Shown here in pieces: positions 27,701 through 42,700 of a DNA stretch of 64,000 nucleotides. The stretch is from Balanoglossus misakiensis (Eukaryota; Animalia; Hemichordata). Each line of letters starts with the position of its first letter. The stretch's first letter is position 1. The notes beneath the pieces were generated by a model. The model saw nothing but the letters and a program-made list of their open reading frames with translations, did no database searches and was not told the DNA's origin. The translations under genes were made by a program, and so were the position numbers. Where the stretch lies: the NCBI GenBank assembly GCA_040954595.2, contig CM082587.2, forward strand, positions 9,615,403 to 9,679,402, written 5' to 3'.

Positions 27701-30700
27701 CAATGTAGCTATTGTATTTTTCACTTTTTGTAAGTGAAGACTGACTGTCGCCTGTCTTAGGTCACCACTTCATAAGCGGTCTTACCCGTCATTGGCACAA
27801 ACAGTCTCAGGAAGTAAGCTTTCAGCCTACCAATGTAGCTATTGTATTTTCCACTTTTTGTAAGTGAAGCCTGACTGTCGCCTGTCTCAGGTCACCACTT
27901 CATAAGCGGTCTTACCCGTCATTGGCACAAACAGTCTAAGGAAGTAAGCTTTCAGCCTACCAAACAGTCTCTGGAAGTAAGCTTTCAGCCTACCAATGTA
28001 GCTATTGTATTTTCCACTTTTTGTAAGTGAAGCCTGACTGTCGCCTGTCTTAGGTCACCACTTAATAAGCGGTCTTACCCGTCATTGGCACAAACAGTCT
28101 CAGGATTTAAGCTTTCAGCCTACCAATGTAGCTATTGTATTTTCCACTTTTTGTAAGTGAAGCCTGACTGTCGCCTGTCTTAGGTCACCACTTCATAAGC
28201 CGTCTTACCCGTCATTGGCACAAACAGTCTCAGGAAGTAAGCTTTCAGCCTACCAATGTAGCTATTGTATTTTCCACTTTTTGTAAGTGAAGCCTGACTG
28301 TCGCCTGTCTTAGGTCACCACTTCATAAGCGGTCTAACCCGTCATTGGCACAAACAGTCTCAGGAAGTAAGCTTTCAGCCTACCAATGTAGCTATTGTAT
28401 TTTCCACTTTTTGTAAGTGAAGCCTGACTGTCGCCTGTCTTAGGTCACCACTTCATAAGCGGTCTTACCCGTCATTAGCACAAACAGTCTCAGGAAGTAA
28501 GCTTTCAGCCTACCAATGAAGCTATTGTATTTTCCACTTTTTGTAAGTGAAGCCTGACTGTCGCCTGTCTTAGGTCACCACTTCATAAGCGGTCTTACCC
28601 GTCATTGGCACAAACAGTCTCAGGAAGTAAGCTTTCAGCCTACCAATGTAGCTATTATATTTTCCACTTTTTGTAAGTGAAGCCTGACTGTCGCCTGTCT
28701 TAGGTCACCACTTCGTAAGCGGTCTTACCCGTCATTGGCACAAACAGTCTCAGGAAGTAAGCTTTCAGCCTACCAATGTAGCTATTGTATTTTCCACTTT
28801 TTGTAAGTGAAGCCTGACTGTCGCCTGTCTTAGGTCACCACTTCATAAGCGGTCTTACCCGTCATTGGCACAAACAGTCTCAGAAAGTAAGCTTTCAGCC
28901 TACCAATGTAGCTATTGTATTTTCCACTTTTTGTAAGTGAAGCCTGACTGTCGCCTGTCTTAGGTCACCACTTCATAAGCGGTCTTACCCGTCATTGGCA
29001 CAAACAGTCTCAGGAAGTAAGCTTTCAGCCTACCAATGTAGCTATTATATTTTCCACTTTTTGTAAGTGAAGCCTGACTGTCGCCTGTCTTAGGTCACCA
29101 CTTCATAAGCGGTCTTACCCGTTATTGGCACAAACAGTCTCAGGAAGTAAGCTTTCAGCCTACCCATGAAGCTATTGTATTTTCCACTTTTTGTAAGTGA
29201 AGCCTGACTGTCGCCTGTCTTAGGTCACCACTTCATAAGCGGTCTTACCCGTCATTGGCACAAACAGTCTCAGGAAGTAAGCTTTCAGCCTACCAATGTA
29301 GCTATTATATTTTCCACTTTTTGTAAGTGAAGCCTGACTGTCGCCTGTCTTAGGTCACCACTTCGTAAGCGGTCTTACCCGTCATTGGCACAAACAGTCT
29401 CAGGAAGTAAGCTTTCAGCCTACCAATGTAGCTATTGTATTTTCCACTTTTTGTAAGTGAAGCCTGACTGTCGCCTGTCTTAGGTCACCACTTCATAAGC
29501 GGTCTTACCCGTCATTGGCACAAACAGTCTCAGAAAGTAAGCTTTCAGCCTACCAATGTAGCTATTGTATTTTCCACTTTTTGTAAGTGAAGCCTGACTG
29601 TCGCCTGTCTTAGGTCACCACTTCATAAGCGGTCTTACCCGTCATTGGCACAAACAGTCTCATGAAGTAAGCTTTCAGCCTACCAATGTAGCTATTATAT
29701 TTTCCACTTTTTGTAAGTGAAGCCAGACTGTCGCCTTTCTTAGGTTACCACTTCATAAGCGGTCTTACCCATCATTGGCACAAACAGTCTCAGGAAGTAA
29801 GCTTTCAGCCTGCCAATGTAGCTATTGTATTTTCCACTTTTTGTAAGTGAAGCCTGACTGTCGCCTCTCTTAGGTCACCACTTCATAAGCGGTCTTACCC
29901 GTCATTGGCACAAACAGTCTCAGGAAGTAAGCTTTCAGCCTACCAAACAGTCTCTGGAAGTAAGCTTTCAGCCTACCAATGTAGCTATTGTATTTTCCAC
30001 TTTTTGTTAGTGAAGCCTGACTGTCGCCTCTCTTAGGTCACCACTTCATAAGCGGTCTTACCCGTCATTGGCAAAAACAGTCTCAGGAAGTAAGCTTTCA
30101 GCCTACCAATGTAGCTATTGTATTTTCCACTTTTTGTAAGTGAAGCCTGACTGTCGCCTGTCTTAGGTCACCACTTCATAAGCGGTCTTACCCGTCATTG
30201 GCACAAACAGTCTCAGGAAATAAGCTTTCAGCCTACCAATGTAGCTATTGTATTTTCCACTTTTTGTAAGTGAAGCCTGACTGTCGCCTGTCTTAGGTCA
30301 CCACTTCATAAGCGGTCTTACCCGTCATTGGCACAAACAGTCTCATGAAGTAAGCTTTCAGCCTACCAATGTAGCTATTATATTTTCCACTTTTTGTAAG
30401 TGAAGCCAGACTGTCGCCTTTCTTAGGTTACCACTTCATAAGCGGTCTTACCCATCATTGGCACAAACAGTCTCAGGAAGTAAGCTTTCAGCCTACCAAT
30501 GTAGCTATTGTATTTTCCACTTTTTGTAAGTGAAGCCTGACTGTCGCCTCTCTTAGGTCACCACTTCATAAGCGGTCTTACCCGTCATTGGCACAAACAG
30601 TCTCAGGAAGTAAGCTTTCAGCCTACCAAACAGTCTCTGGAAGTAAGCTTTCAGCCTACCAATGTAGCTATTGTATTTTCCACTTTTTGTTAGTGAAGCC

Positions 30701-33700
30701 TGACTGTCGCCTCTCTTAGGTCACCACTTCATAAGCGGTCTTACCCGTCATTGGCAAAAACAGTCTCAGGAAGTAAGCTTTCAGCCTACCAATGTAGCTA
30801 TTGTATTTTCCACTTTTTGTAAGTGAAGCCTGACTGTCGCCTGTCTTAGGTCACCTCTTCATAAGCGGTCTTACCCGTCATTGGCACAAACAGTCTCAGG
30901 AAATAAGCTTTCAGCCTACCAATGTAGCTATTGTATTTTCCACTTTTTGTAAGTGAAGCCTGACTGTCGCCTGTCTTAGGTCACCACTTCATAAGCGGTC
31001 TTACCCGTCATTGGCACAAACAGTCTCATGAAGTAAGCTTTCAGCCTACCAATGTAGCTATTATATTTTCCACTTTTTGTAAGTGAAGCCAGACTGTCGC
31101 CTTTCTTAGGTTACCACTTCATAAGCGGTCTTACCCATCATTGGCACAAACAGTCTCAGGAAGTAAGCTTTCAGCCTACCAATGTAGCTATTGTATTTTC
31201 CACTTTTTGTAAGTGAAGCCTGACTGTCGCCTCTCTTAGGTCACCACTTCATAAGCGGTCTTACCCGTCATTGGCACAAACAGTCTCAGGAAGTAAGCTT
31301 TCAGCCTACCAAACAGTCTCTGGAAGTAAGCTTTCAGCCTACCAATGTAGCTATTGTATTTTCCACTTTTTGTTAGTGAAGCCTGACTGTCGCCTCTCTT
31401 AGGTCACCACTTCATAAGCGGTCTTACCCGTCATTGGCAAAAACAGTCTCAGGAAGTAAGCTTTCAGCCTACCAATGTAGCTATTGTATTTTCCACTTTT
31501 TGTAAGTGAAGCCTGACTGTCGCCTGTCTTAGGTCACCACTTCATAAGCGGTCTTACCCGTCATTGGCACAAACAGTCTCAGGAAGTAAGCTTTCAGCCT
31601 ACCAATGTAGCTATTGTATTTTCCACTTTTTGTAAGTGAAGCCTGACTGTCGCCTGTCTTAGGTCACCACTTCATAAGCGGTCTTACCCGTCATTGGCAC
31701 AAACAGTCTCAGGAAGTAAGCTTTCAGCCTACCAAACAGTCTCTGGAAGTAAGCTTTCAGCCTACCAATGTAGCTATTGTATTTTCCACTTTTTGTTAGT
31801 GAAGCCTGACTGTCGCCTCTCTTAGGTCACCACTTCATAAGCGGTCTTACCCGTCATTGGCAAAAACAGTCTCAGGAAGTAAGCTTTCAGCCTACCAATG
31901 TAGCTATTGTATTTTCCACTTTTTGTAAGTGAAGCCTGACTGTCGCCTGTCTTAGGTCACCACTTCATAAGCGGTCTTACCCGTCATTGGCACAAACAGT
32001 CTCAGGAAATAAGCTTTCAGCCTACCAATGTAGCTATTGTATTTTCCACTTTTTGTAAGTGAAGCCTGACTGTCGCCTCTCTTAGGTCACCACTTCATAA
32101 GCGGTCTTACCCGTCATTGGCACAAACAGTCTCATGAAGTAAGCTTTCAGCCTACCAATGTAGCTATTATATTTTCCACTTTTTGTAAGTGAAGCCAGAC
32201 TGTCGCCTTTCTTAGGTTACCACTTCATAAGCGGTCTTACCCATCATTGGCACAAACAGTCTCAGGAAGTAAGCTTTCAGCCTACCAATGTAGCTATTGT
32301 ATTTTCCACTTTTTGTAAGTGAAGCCTGACTGTCGCCTCTCTTAGGTCACCACTTCATAAGCGATCTTACCCGTCATTGGCACAAACAGTCTCAGGAAGT
32401 AAGCTTTCAGCCTACCAAACAGTCTCTGGAAGTAAGCTTTCAGCCTACCAATGTAGCTATTGTATTTTCCACTTTTTGTTAGTGAAGCCTGACTGTCGCC
32501 TCTCTTAGGTCACCACTTCATAAGCGGTCTTACCCGTCATTGGCAAAAACAGTCTCAGGAAGTAAGCTTTCAGCCTACCAATGTAGCTATTGTATTTTCC
32601 ACTTTTTGTAAGTGAAGCCTGACTGTCGCCTGTCTTAGGTCACCACTTCATAAGCGGTCTTACCCGTCATTGGCACAAACAGTCTCAGGAAATAAGCTTT
32701 CAGCCTACCAATGTAGCTATTGTATTTTCCACTTTTTGTAAGTGAAGCCTGACTGTCGCCTGTCTTAGGTCACCACTTCATAAGCGGTCTTACCCGTCAT
32801 TGGCACAAACAGTCTCATGAAGTAAGCTTTCAGCCTACCAATGTAGCTATTATATTTTCCACTTTTTGTAAGTGAAGCCAGACTGTCGCCTTTCTTAGGT
32901 TACCACTTCATAAGCGGTCTTACCCATCATTGGCACAAACAGTCTCAGGAAGTAAGCTTTCAGCCTACCAATGTAGCTATTGTATTTTCCACTTTTTGTA
33001 AGTGAAGCCTGACTGTCGCCTCTCTTAGGTCACCACTTCATAAGCGGTCTTACCCGTCATTGGCACAAACAGTCTCAGGAAGTAAGCTTTCAGCCTACCA
33101 AACAGTCTCTGGAAGTAAGCTTTCAGCCTACCAATGTAGCTATTGTATTTTCCACTTTTTGTTAGTGAAGCCTGACTGTCGCCTCTCTTAGGTCACCACT
33201 TCATAAGCGGTCTTACCCGTCATTGGCAAAAACAGTCTCAGGAAGTAAGCTTTCAGCCTACCAATGTAGCTATTGTATTTTCCACTTTTTGTAAGTGAAG
33301 CCTGACTGTCGCCTGTCTTAGGTCACCACTTCATAAGCGGTCTTACCCGTCATTGGCACAAACAGTCTCAGGAAATAAGCTTTCAGCCTACCAATGTAGC
33401 TATTGTATTTTCCACTTTTTGTAAGTGAAGCCTGACTGTCGCCTGTCTTAGGTCACCACTTCATAAGCGGTCTTACCCGTCATTGGCACAAACAGTCTCA
33501 TGAAGTAAGCTTTCAGCCTACCAATGTAGCTATTATATTTTCCACTTTTTGTAAGTGAAGCCAGACTGTCGCCTTTCTTAGGTTACCACTTCATAAGCGG
33601 TCTTACCCATCATTGGCACAAACAGTCTCAGGAAGTAAGCTTTCAGCCTACCAATGTAGCTATTGTATTTTCCACTTTTTGTAAGTGAAGCCTGACTGTC

Positions 33701-36700
33701 GCCTCTCTTAGGTCACCACTTCATAAGCGGTCTTACCCGTCATTGGCACAAACAGTCTCAGGAAGTAAGCTTTCAGCCTACCAAACAGTCTCTGGAAGTA
33801 AGCTTTCAGCCTACCAATGTAGCTATTGTATTTTCCACTTTTTGTTAGTGAAGCCTGACTGTCGCCTCTCTTAGGTCACCACTTCATAAGCGGTCTTACC
33901 CGTCATTGGCAAAAACAGTCTCAGGAAGTAAGCTTTCAGCCTACCAATGTAGCTATTGTATTTTCCACTTTTTGTAAGTGAAGCCTGACTGTCGCCTGTC
34001 TTAGGTCACCACTTCATAAGCGGTCTTACCCATCATTGGCACAAACAGTCTCAGAAAGTAAGCTTTCAGCCTACCAATGTAGCTATTGTATTTTCCACTT
34101 TTTGTAAGTGAAGCCTGACTGTCGCCTGTCTTAGGTCACCACTTCATAAGCGGTCTTACCCGTCATTGGCACAAACAGTCTCATGAAGTAAGCTTTCAGC
34201 CTACCAATGTAGCTATTATATATTCCACTTTTTGTAAGTGAAGCCAGACTGTCGCCTTTCTTAGGTTACCACTTCATAAGCGGTCTTACCCATCATTGGC
34301 ACAAACAGTCTCAGGAAGTAAGCTTTCAGCCTACCAATGTAGCTATTGTATTTTCCACTTTTTGTAAGTGAAGCCTGACTGTCGCCTCTCTTAGGTCACC
34401 ACTTCATAAGCGGTCTTACCCGTCATTGGCACAAACAGTCTCAGGAAGTAAGCTTTCAGCCTACCAAACAGTCTCTGGAAGTAAGCTTTCAGCCTACCAA
34501 TGTAGCTATTGTATTTTCCACTTTTTGTTAGTGAAGCCTGACTGTCGCCTCTCTTAGGTCACCACTTCATAAGCGGTCTTACCCGTCATTGGCAAAAACA
34601 GTCTCAGGAAGTAAGCTTTCAGCCTACCAAACAGTCTCTGGAAGTAAGCTTTCAGCCTACCAATGTAGCTATTGTATTTTCCACTTTTTGTAAGTGAAGC
34701 CTGACTGTCGCCTGTCTTAGGTCACCACTTCATAAGCGGTCTTACCCGTCATTGGCACAAACAGTCTCAGGAAGTAAGCTTTCAGCCTACCAAACAGTCT
34801 CTGGAAGTAAGCTTTCAGCCTACCAATGTAGCTATTGTATTTTCCACTTTTTGTTAGTGAAGCCTGACTGTCGCCTCTCTTAGGTCACCACTTCATAAGC
34901 GGTCTTACCCGTCATTGGCAAAAACAGTCTCAGGAAGTAAGCTTTCAGCCTACCAATGTAGCTATTGTATTTTCCACTTTTTGTAAGTGAAGCCTGACTG
35001 TCGCCTGTCTTAGGTCACCACTTCATAAGCGGTCTTACCCGTCATTGGCACAAACAGTCTCAGGAAGTAAGCTTTCAGCCTACCAATGTAGCTATTGTAT
35101 TTTCCACTTTTTGTAAGTGAAGCCTGACTGTCGCCTGTCTTAGGTCACCACTTCATAAGCGGTCTTACCCGTCATTGGCACAAACAGTCTCAGGAAGTAA
35201 GCTTTCAGCCTACCAAACAGTCTCTGGAAGTAAGCTTTCAGCCTGCCAATGTAGCTATTGTATTTTCCACTTTTTGTTAGTGAAGCCTGACTGTCGCCTC
35301 TCTTAGGTCACCACTTCATAAGCGGTCTTACCCGTCATTGGCAAAAACAGTCTCAGGAAGTAAGCTTTCAGCCTACCAATGTAGCTATTGTATTTTCCAC
35401 TTTTTGTAAGTGAAGCCTGACTGTCGCCTGTCTTAGGTCACCACTTCATAAGCGGTTTTACCCGTCATTGGCACAAACAGTCTCAGGAAATAAGCTTTCA
35501 GCCTACCAATGTAGCTATTGTATTTTCCACTTTTTGTAAGTGAAGCCTGACTGTCGCCTGTCTTAGGTCACCACTTCATAAGCGGTCTTACCCGTCATTG
35601 GCACAAACAGTCTCATGAAGTAAGCTTTCAGCCTACCAATGTAGCTATTATATTTTCCACTTTTTGTAAGTGAAGCCAGACTGTCGCCTTTCTTAGGTTA
35701 CCACTTCATAAGCGGTCTTACCCATCATTGGCACAAACAGTCTCAGGAAGTAAGCTTTCAGCCTACCAATGTAGCTATTGTATTTTCCACTTTTTGTAAG
35801 TGAAGCCTGACTGTCGCCTCTCTTAGGTCACCACTTCATAAGCGGTCTTACCCGTCATTGGCAAAAACAGTCTCAGGAAGTAAGCTTTCAGCCTACCAAT
35901 GTAGCTATTGTATTTTCCACTTTTTGTAAGTGAAGCCTGACTGTCGCCTGTCTTAGGTCACCACTTCATAAGCGGTCTTACCCGTCATTGGCACAAACAG
36001 TCTCAGGAAATAAGCTTTCAGCCTACCAATGTAGCTATTGTATTTTCCACTTTTTGTAAGTGAAGCCTGACTGTCGCCTGTCTTAGGTCACCACTTCATA
36101 AGCGGTCTTACCCGTCATTGGCACAAACAGTCTCATGAAGTAAGCTTTCAGCCTACCAATGTAGCTATTATATTTTCCACTTTTTGTAAGTGAAGCCAGA
36201 CTGTCGCCTTTCTTAGGTTACCACTTCATAAGCGGTCTTACCCATCATTGGCACAAACAGTCTCAGGAAGTAAGCTTTCAGCCTACCAAACAGTCTCTGG
36301 AAGTAAGCTTTCAGCCTACCAATGTAGCTATTGTATTTTCCACTTTTTGTTAGTGAAGCCTGACTGTCGCCTCTCTTAGGTCACCACTTCATAAGCGGTC
36401 TTACCCGTCATTGGCAAAAACAGTCTCAGGAAGTAAGCTTTCAGCCTACCAATGTAGCTATTGTATTTTCCACTTTTTGTAAGTGAAGCCTGACTGTCGC
36501 CTGTCTTAGGTCACCACTTCATAAGCGGTCTTACCCGTCATTGGCACAAACAGTCTCAGGAAATAAGCTTTCAGCCTACCAATGTAGCTATTGTATTTTC
36601 CACTTTTTGTAAGTGAAGCCTGACTGTCGCCTGTCTTAGGTCACCACTTCATAAGCGGTCTTACCCGTCATTGGCACAAACAGTCTCATGAAGTAAGCTT

Positions 36701-39700
36701 TCAGCCTACCAATGTAGCTATTATATTTTCCACTTTTTGTAAGTGAAGCCAGACTGTCGCCTTTCTTAGGTTACCACTTCATAAGCGGTCTTACCCATCA
36801 TTGGCACAAACAGTCTCAGGAAGTAAGCTTTCAGCCTACCAATGTAGCTATTGTATTTTCCACTTTTTGTAAGTGAAGCCTGACTGTCGCCTCTCTTAGG
36901 TCACCACTTCATAAGCGGTCTTACCCGTCATTGGCACAAACAGTCTCAGGAAGTAAGCTTTCAGCCTACCAAACAGTCTCTGGAAGTAAGCTTTCAGCCT
37001 ACCAATGTAGCTATTGTATTTTCCACTTTTTGTTAGTGAAGCCTGACTGTCGCCTCTCTTAGGTCACCACTTCATAAGCGGTCTTACCCGTCATTGGCAA
37101 AAACAGTCTCAGGAAGTAAGCTTTCAGCCTACCAATGTAGCTATTGTATTTTCCACTTTTTGTAAGTGAAGCCTGACTGTCGCCTGTCTTAGGTCACCAC
37201 TTCATAAGCGGTCTTACCCGTCATTGGCACAAACAGTCTCAGGAAATAAGCTTTCAGCCTACCAATGTAGCTATTGTATTTTCCACTTTTTGTAAGTGAA
37301 GCCTGACTGTCGCCTGTCTTAGGTCACCACTTCATAAGCGGTCTTACCCGTCATTGGCACAAACAGTCTCATGAAGTAAGCTTTCAGCCTACCAATGTAG
37401 CTATTATATTTTCCACTTTTTGTTAGTGAAGCCTGACTGTCGCCTCTCTTAGGTCACCACTTCATAAGCGGTCTTACCCGTCATTGGCAAAAACAGTCTC
37501 AGGAAGTAAGCTTTCAGCCTACCAATGTAGCTATTGTATTTTCCACTTTTTGTAAGTGAAGCCTGACTGTCGCCTGTCTTAGGTCACCACTTCATAAGCG
37601 GTCTTACCCGTCATTGGCACAAACAGTCTCAGGAAATAAGCTTTCAGCCTACCAATGTAGCTATTGTATTTTCCACTTTTTGTAAGTGAAGCCTGACTGT
37701 CGCCTGTCTTAGGTCACCACTTCATAAGCGGTCTTACCCGTCATTGGCACAAACAGTCTCAGGAAGTAAGCTTTCAGCCTACCAAACAGTCTCTGGAAGT
37801 AAGCTTTCAGCCTACCAATGTAGCTATTGTATTTTCCACTTTTTGTTAGTGAAGCCTGACTGTCGCCTCTCTTAGGTCACCACTTCATAAGCGGTCTTAC
37901 CCGTCATTGGCAAAAACAGTCTCAGGAAGTAAGCTTTCAGCCTACCAATGTAGCTATTGTATTTTCCACTTTTTGTAAGTGAAGCCTGACTGTCGCCTGT
38001 CTTAGGTCACCACTTCATAAGCGGTCTTACCCGTCATTGGCACAAACAGTCTCAGGAAATAAGCTTTCAGCCTACCAATGTAGCTATTGTATTTTCCACT
38101 TTTTGTAAGTGAAGCCTGACTGTCGCCTGTCTTAGGTCACCACTTCATAAGCGGTCTTACCCGTCATTAGCACAAACAGTCTCAGGAAGTAAGCTTTCAG
38201 CCTACCAATGAAGCTATTGTATTTTCCACTTTTTGTAAGTGAAGCCTGACTGTCGCCTGTCTTAGGTCACCACTTCATAAGCGGTCTTACCCGTCATTGG
38301 CACAAACAGTCTCAGGAAGTAAGCTTTCAGCCTACCAATGTAGCTATTATATTTTCCACTTTTTGTAAGTGAAGCCTGACTGTCGCCTGTCTTAGGTCAC
38401 CACTTCGTAAGCGGTCTTACCCGTCATTGGCACAAACAGTCTCAGGAAGTAAGCTTTCAGCCTACCAATGTAGCTATTGTATTTTCCACTTTTTTGTAAG
38501 TGAAGCCTGACTGTCGCCTGTCTTAGGTCACCACTTCATAAGCGGTCTTACCCGTCATTGGCACAAACAGTCTCAGAAAGTAAGCTTTCAGCCTACCAAT
38601 GTAGCTATTGTATTTTCCACTTTTTGTAAGTGAAGCCTGACTGTCGCCTGTCTTTGGTCACCACTTCATAAGCGGTCTTACCCGTCATTGGCACAAACAG
38701 TCTCAGGAAGTAAGCTTTCAGCCTACCAATGTAGCTATTATATTTTCCACTTTTTGTAAGTGAAGCCTGACTGTCGCCTGTCTTAGGTCACCACTTCATA
38801 AGCGGTCTTACCCGTTATTGGCATAAACAGTCTCAGGAAGTAAGCTTTCAGCCTACCAAACAGTCTCTGGAAGTAAGCTTTCAGCCTACCAATGTAGCTA
38901 TTGTATTTTCCACTTTTTGTAAGTGAAGCCTGACTGTCGCCTGTCTTAGGTCACCACTTCATAAGCGGTCTTACCCGTCATTAGCACAAACAGTCTCAGG
39001 AAGTAAGCTTTCAGCCTACCAATGAAGCTATTGTATTTTCCACTTTTTGTAAGTGAAGCCTGACTGTCGCCTGTCTTAGGTCACCACTTCATAAGCGGTC
39101 TTACCCGTCATTGGCACAAACAGTCTCAGGAAGTAAGCTTTCAGCCTACCAATGTAGCTATTATATTTTCCACTTTTTGTAAGTGAAGCCTGACTGTCGC
39201 CTGTCTTAGGTCACCACTTCGTAAGCGGTCTTACCCGTCATTGGCACAAACAGTCTCAGGAAGTAAGCTTTCAGCCTACCAATGTAGCTATTGTATTTTC
39301 CACTTTTTGTAAGTGAAGCCTGACTGTCGCCTGTCTTAGGTCACCACTTCATAAGCGGTCTTACCCGTCATTGGCACAAACAGTCTCAGAAAGTAAGCTT
39401 TCAGCCTACCAATGTAGCTATTGTATTTTCCACTTTTTGTAAGTGAAGCCTGACTGTCGCCTGTCTTAGGTCATCACTTCATAAGCGGTCTTACCCGTCA
39501 TTGGCACAAACAGTCTCAGGAAGTAAGCTTTCAGCCTACCAATGTAGCTATTATATTTTCCACTTTTTGTAAGTGAAGCCTGACTGTCGCCTGTCTTAGG
39601 TCACCACTTCATAAGCGGTCTTACCCGTCATTGGCACAAACAGTCTCAGGAAGTAAGCTTTCAGCCTACCCATGAAGCTATTGTATTTTCCACTTTTTGT

Positions 39701-42700
39701 AAGTGAAGCCTGACTGTCGCCTGTCTTAGGTCACCACTTCATAAGCGGTCTTACCCGTCATTGGCACAAACAGTCTCAGGAAGTAAGCTTTCAGCCTACC
39801 AATGTAGCTATTATATTTTCCACTTTTTGTAAGTGAAGCCTGACTGTCGCCTGTCTTAGGTCACCACTTCGTAAGCGGTCTTACCCGTCATTGGCACAAA
39901 CAGTCTCAGGAAGTAAGCTTTCAGCCTACCAATGTAGCTATTGTATTTTCCACTTTTTGTAAGTGAAGCCTGACTGTCGCCTGTCTTAGGTCACCACTTC
40001 ATAAGCGGTCTTACCCGTCATTGGCACAAACAGTCTCAGAAAGTAAGCTTTCAGCCTACCAATGTAGCTATTGTATTTTCCACTTTTTGTAAGTGAAGCC
40101 TGACTGTCGCCTGTCTTAGGTCACCACTTCATAAGCGGTCTTACCCGTCATTGGCACAAACAGTCTCATGAAGTAAGCTTTCAGCCTACCAATGTAGCTA
40201 TTATATTTTCCACTTTTTGTAAGTGAAGCCAGACTGTCGCCTTTCTTAGGTTACCACTTCATAAGCGGTCTTACCCATCATTGGCACAAACAGTCTCAGG
40301 AAGTAAGCTTTCAGCCTACCAATGTAGCTATTGTATTTTCCACTTTTTGTAAGTGAAGCCTGACTGTCGCCTGTCTTAGGTCACCACTTCATAAGCGGTC
40401 TTACCCGTTATTGGCAAAAACAGTCTCAGGAAGTAAGCTTTCAGCCTACCAATGTAGCTATTGTATTTTCCACTTTTTGTAAGTGAAGCCTGACTGTCGC
40501 CTGTCTTAGGTCACCACTTCATAAGCGGTCTTACCCGTCATTAGCACAAACAGTCTCAGGAAGTAAGCTTTCAGCCTACCAATGAAGCTATTGTATTTTC
40601 CACTTTTTGTAAGTGAAGCCTGACTGTCGCCTGTCTTAGGTCACCACTTCATAAGCGGTCTTACCCGTCATTGGCACAAACAGTCTCAGGAAGTAAGCTT
40701 TCAGCCTACCAGTGTAGCTATTGTATTTTCCACTTTTTGTAAGTGAAGCCTGACTGTCGCCTGTCTTAGGTCACCACTTCGTAAGCGGTCTTACCCGTCA
40801 TTGGCACAAACAGTCTCAGGAAGTAAGCTTTCAGCCTACCAATGTAGCTATTGTATTTTCCACTTTTTGTAAGTGAAGCCTGACTGTCGCCTGTCTTAGG
40901 TCACCACTTCATAAGCGGTCTTACCCGTCATTGGCACAAACAGTCTCAGAAAGTAAGCTTTCAGCCTACCAATGTAGCTATTGTATTTTCCACTTTTTGT
41001 AAGTGAAGCCTGACTGTCGCCTGTCTTAGGTCACCACTTCATAAGCGGTCTTACCCGTCATTGGCACAAACAGTCTCAGGAAGTAAGCTTTCAGCCTACC
41101 AATGTAGCTATTATATTTTCCACTTTTTGTAAGTGAAGCCTTACTGTCGCCTGTCTTAGGTCACCACTTCATAAGCGGTCTTACCCGTTATTGGCACAAA
41201 CAGTCTCAGGAAGTAAGCTTTCAGCCTACCCATGAAGCTATTGTATTTTCCACTTTTTGTAAGTGAAGCCTGACTGTCGCCTGTCTTAGGTCACCACTTC
41301 ATAAGCGGTCTTACCCGTCATTGGCACAAACAGTCTCAGGAAGTAAGCTTTCAGCCTACCAATGTAGCTATTATATTTTCCACTTTTTGTAAGTGTAGCC
41401 TGACTGTCGCCTGTCTTAGGTCACCACTTCGTAAGCGGTCTTACCCGTCATTGGCACAAACAGTCTCAGGAAGTAAGCTTTCAGCCTACCAATGTAGCTA
41501 TTGTATTTTCCACTTTTTGTAAGTGAAGCCTGACTGTCGCCTGTCTTAGGTCACCACTTCATAAGCGGTCTTACCCGTCATTGGCACAAACAGTCTCAGA
41601 AAGTAAGCTTTCAGCCTACCAATGTAGCTATTGTATTTTCCACTTTTTGTAAGTGAAGCCTGACTGTCGCCTGTCTTAGGTCACCACTTCATAAGCGGTC
41701 TTACCCGTCATTGGCACAAACAGTCTCATGAAGTAAGCTTTCAGCCTACCAATGTAGCTATTATATTTTCCACTTTTTGTAAGTGAAGCCAGACTGTCGC
41801 CTTTCTTAGGTTACCACTTCATAAGCGGTCTTACCCATCATTGGCACAAACAGTCTCAGGAAGTAAGCTTTCAGCCTACCAATGTAGCTATTGTATTTTC
41901 CACTTTTTGTAAGTGAAGCCTGACTGTCGCCTGTCTTAGGTCACCACTTCATAAGCGGTCTTACCCGTCATTGGCAAAAACAGTCTCAGGAAGTAAGCTT
42001 TCAGCCTACCAATATAGCTATTATATTTTCCACTTTTTGTAAGTGAAGCCTGACTGTCGCCTGTCTTAGGTCACCACTTCATAAGCGGTCTTACCCGTCA
42101 TTGGCACAAACAGTCTCAGGAAGTAAGCTTTCAGCCTACCAATGTAGCTATTGTATTTTCCACTTTTTGTAAGTGAAGCCTGACTGTCGCCTGTCTTAGG
42201 TCACCACTTCATAAGCGGTCTTACCCGTCATTGGCACAAACAGTCTCAGGAAGTAAGCTTTCAGCCTACCAGTGTAGCTATTGTATTTTCCACTTTTTGT
42301 AAGTGAAGCCTGACTGTCGCCTGTCTTAGGTCACCACTTCATAAGCGGTCTTACCCGTCATTGGCACAAACAGTCTCAGGAAGTAAGCTTTCAGCCTACC
42401 AATGTAGCTATTGTATTTTCCACTTTTTGTAAGTGAAGCCTGACTGTCGCCTGTCTTAGGTCACCACTTCATAAGCGGTCTTACCCGTCATTGGCACAAA
42501 CAGTCTCAGGAAGTAAGCTTTCAGCCTACCAATGTAGCTATTGTATTTTCCACTTTTTGTAAGTGAAGCCTGACTGTCGCCTGTCTTAGGTCACCACTTC
42601 ATAAGCGGTCTTACCCGTCATTGGCACAAACAGTCTCAGGAAGTAAGCTTTCAGCCTACCAATGTAGCTATTGTATTTTCCACTTTTTGTAAGTGAAGCC

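Noticed and set aside
28710-28730. CENP-B box in the CTTCGTAAGCGG variant
   Set aside because: TTCG is present but the required A and CGGG of NTTCGNNNNANNCGGGN are not.
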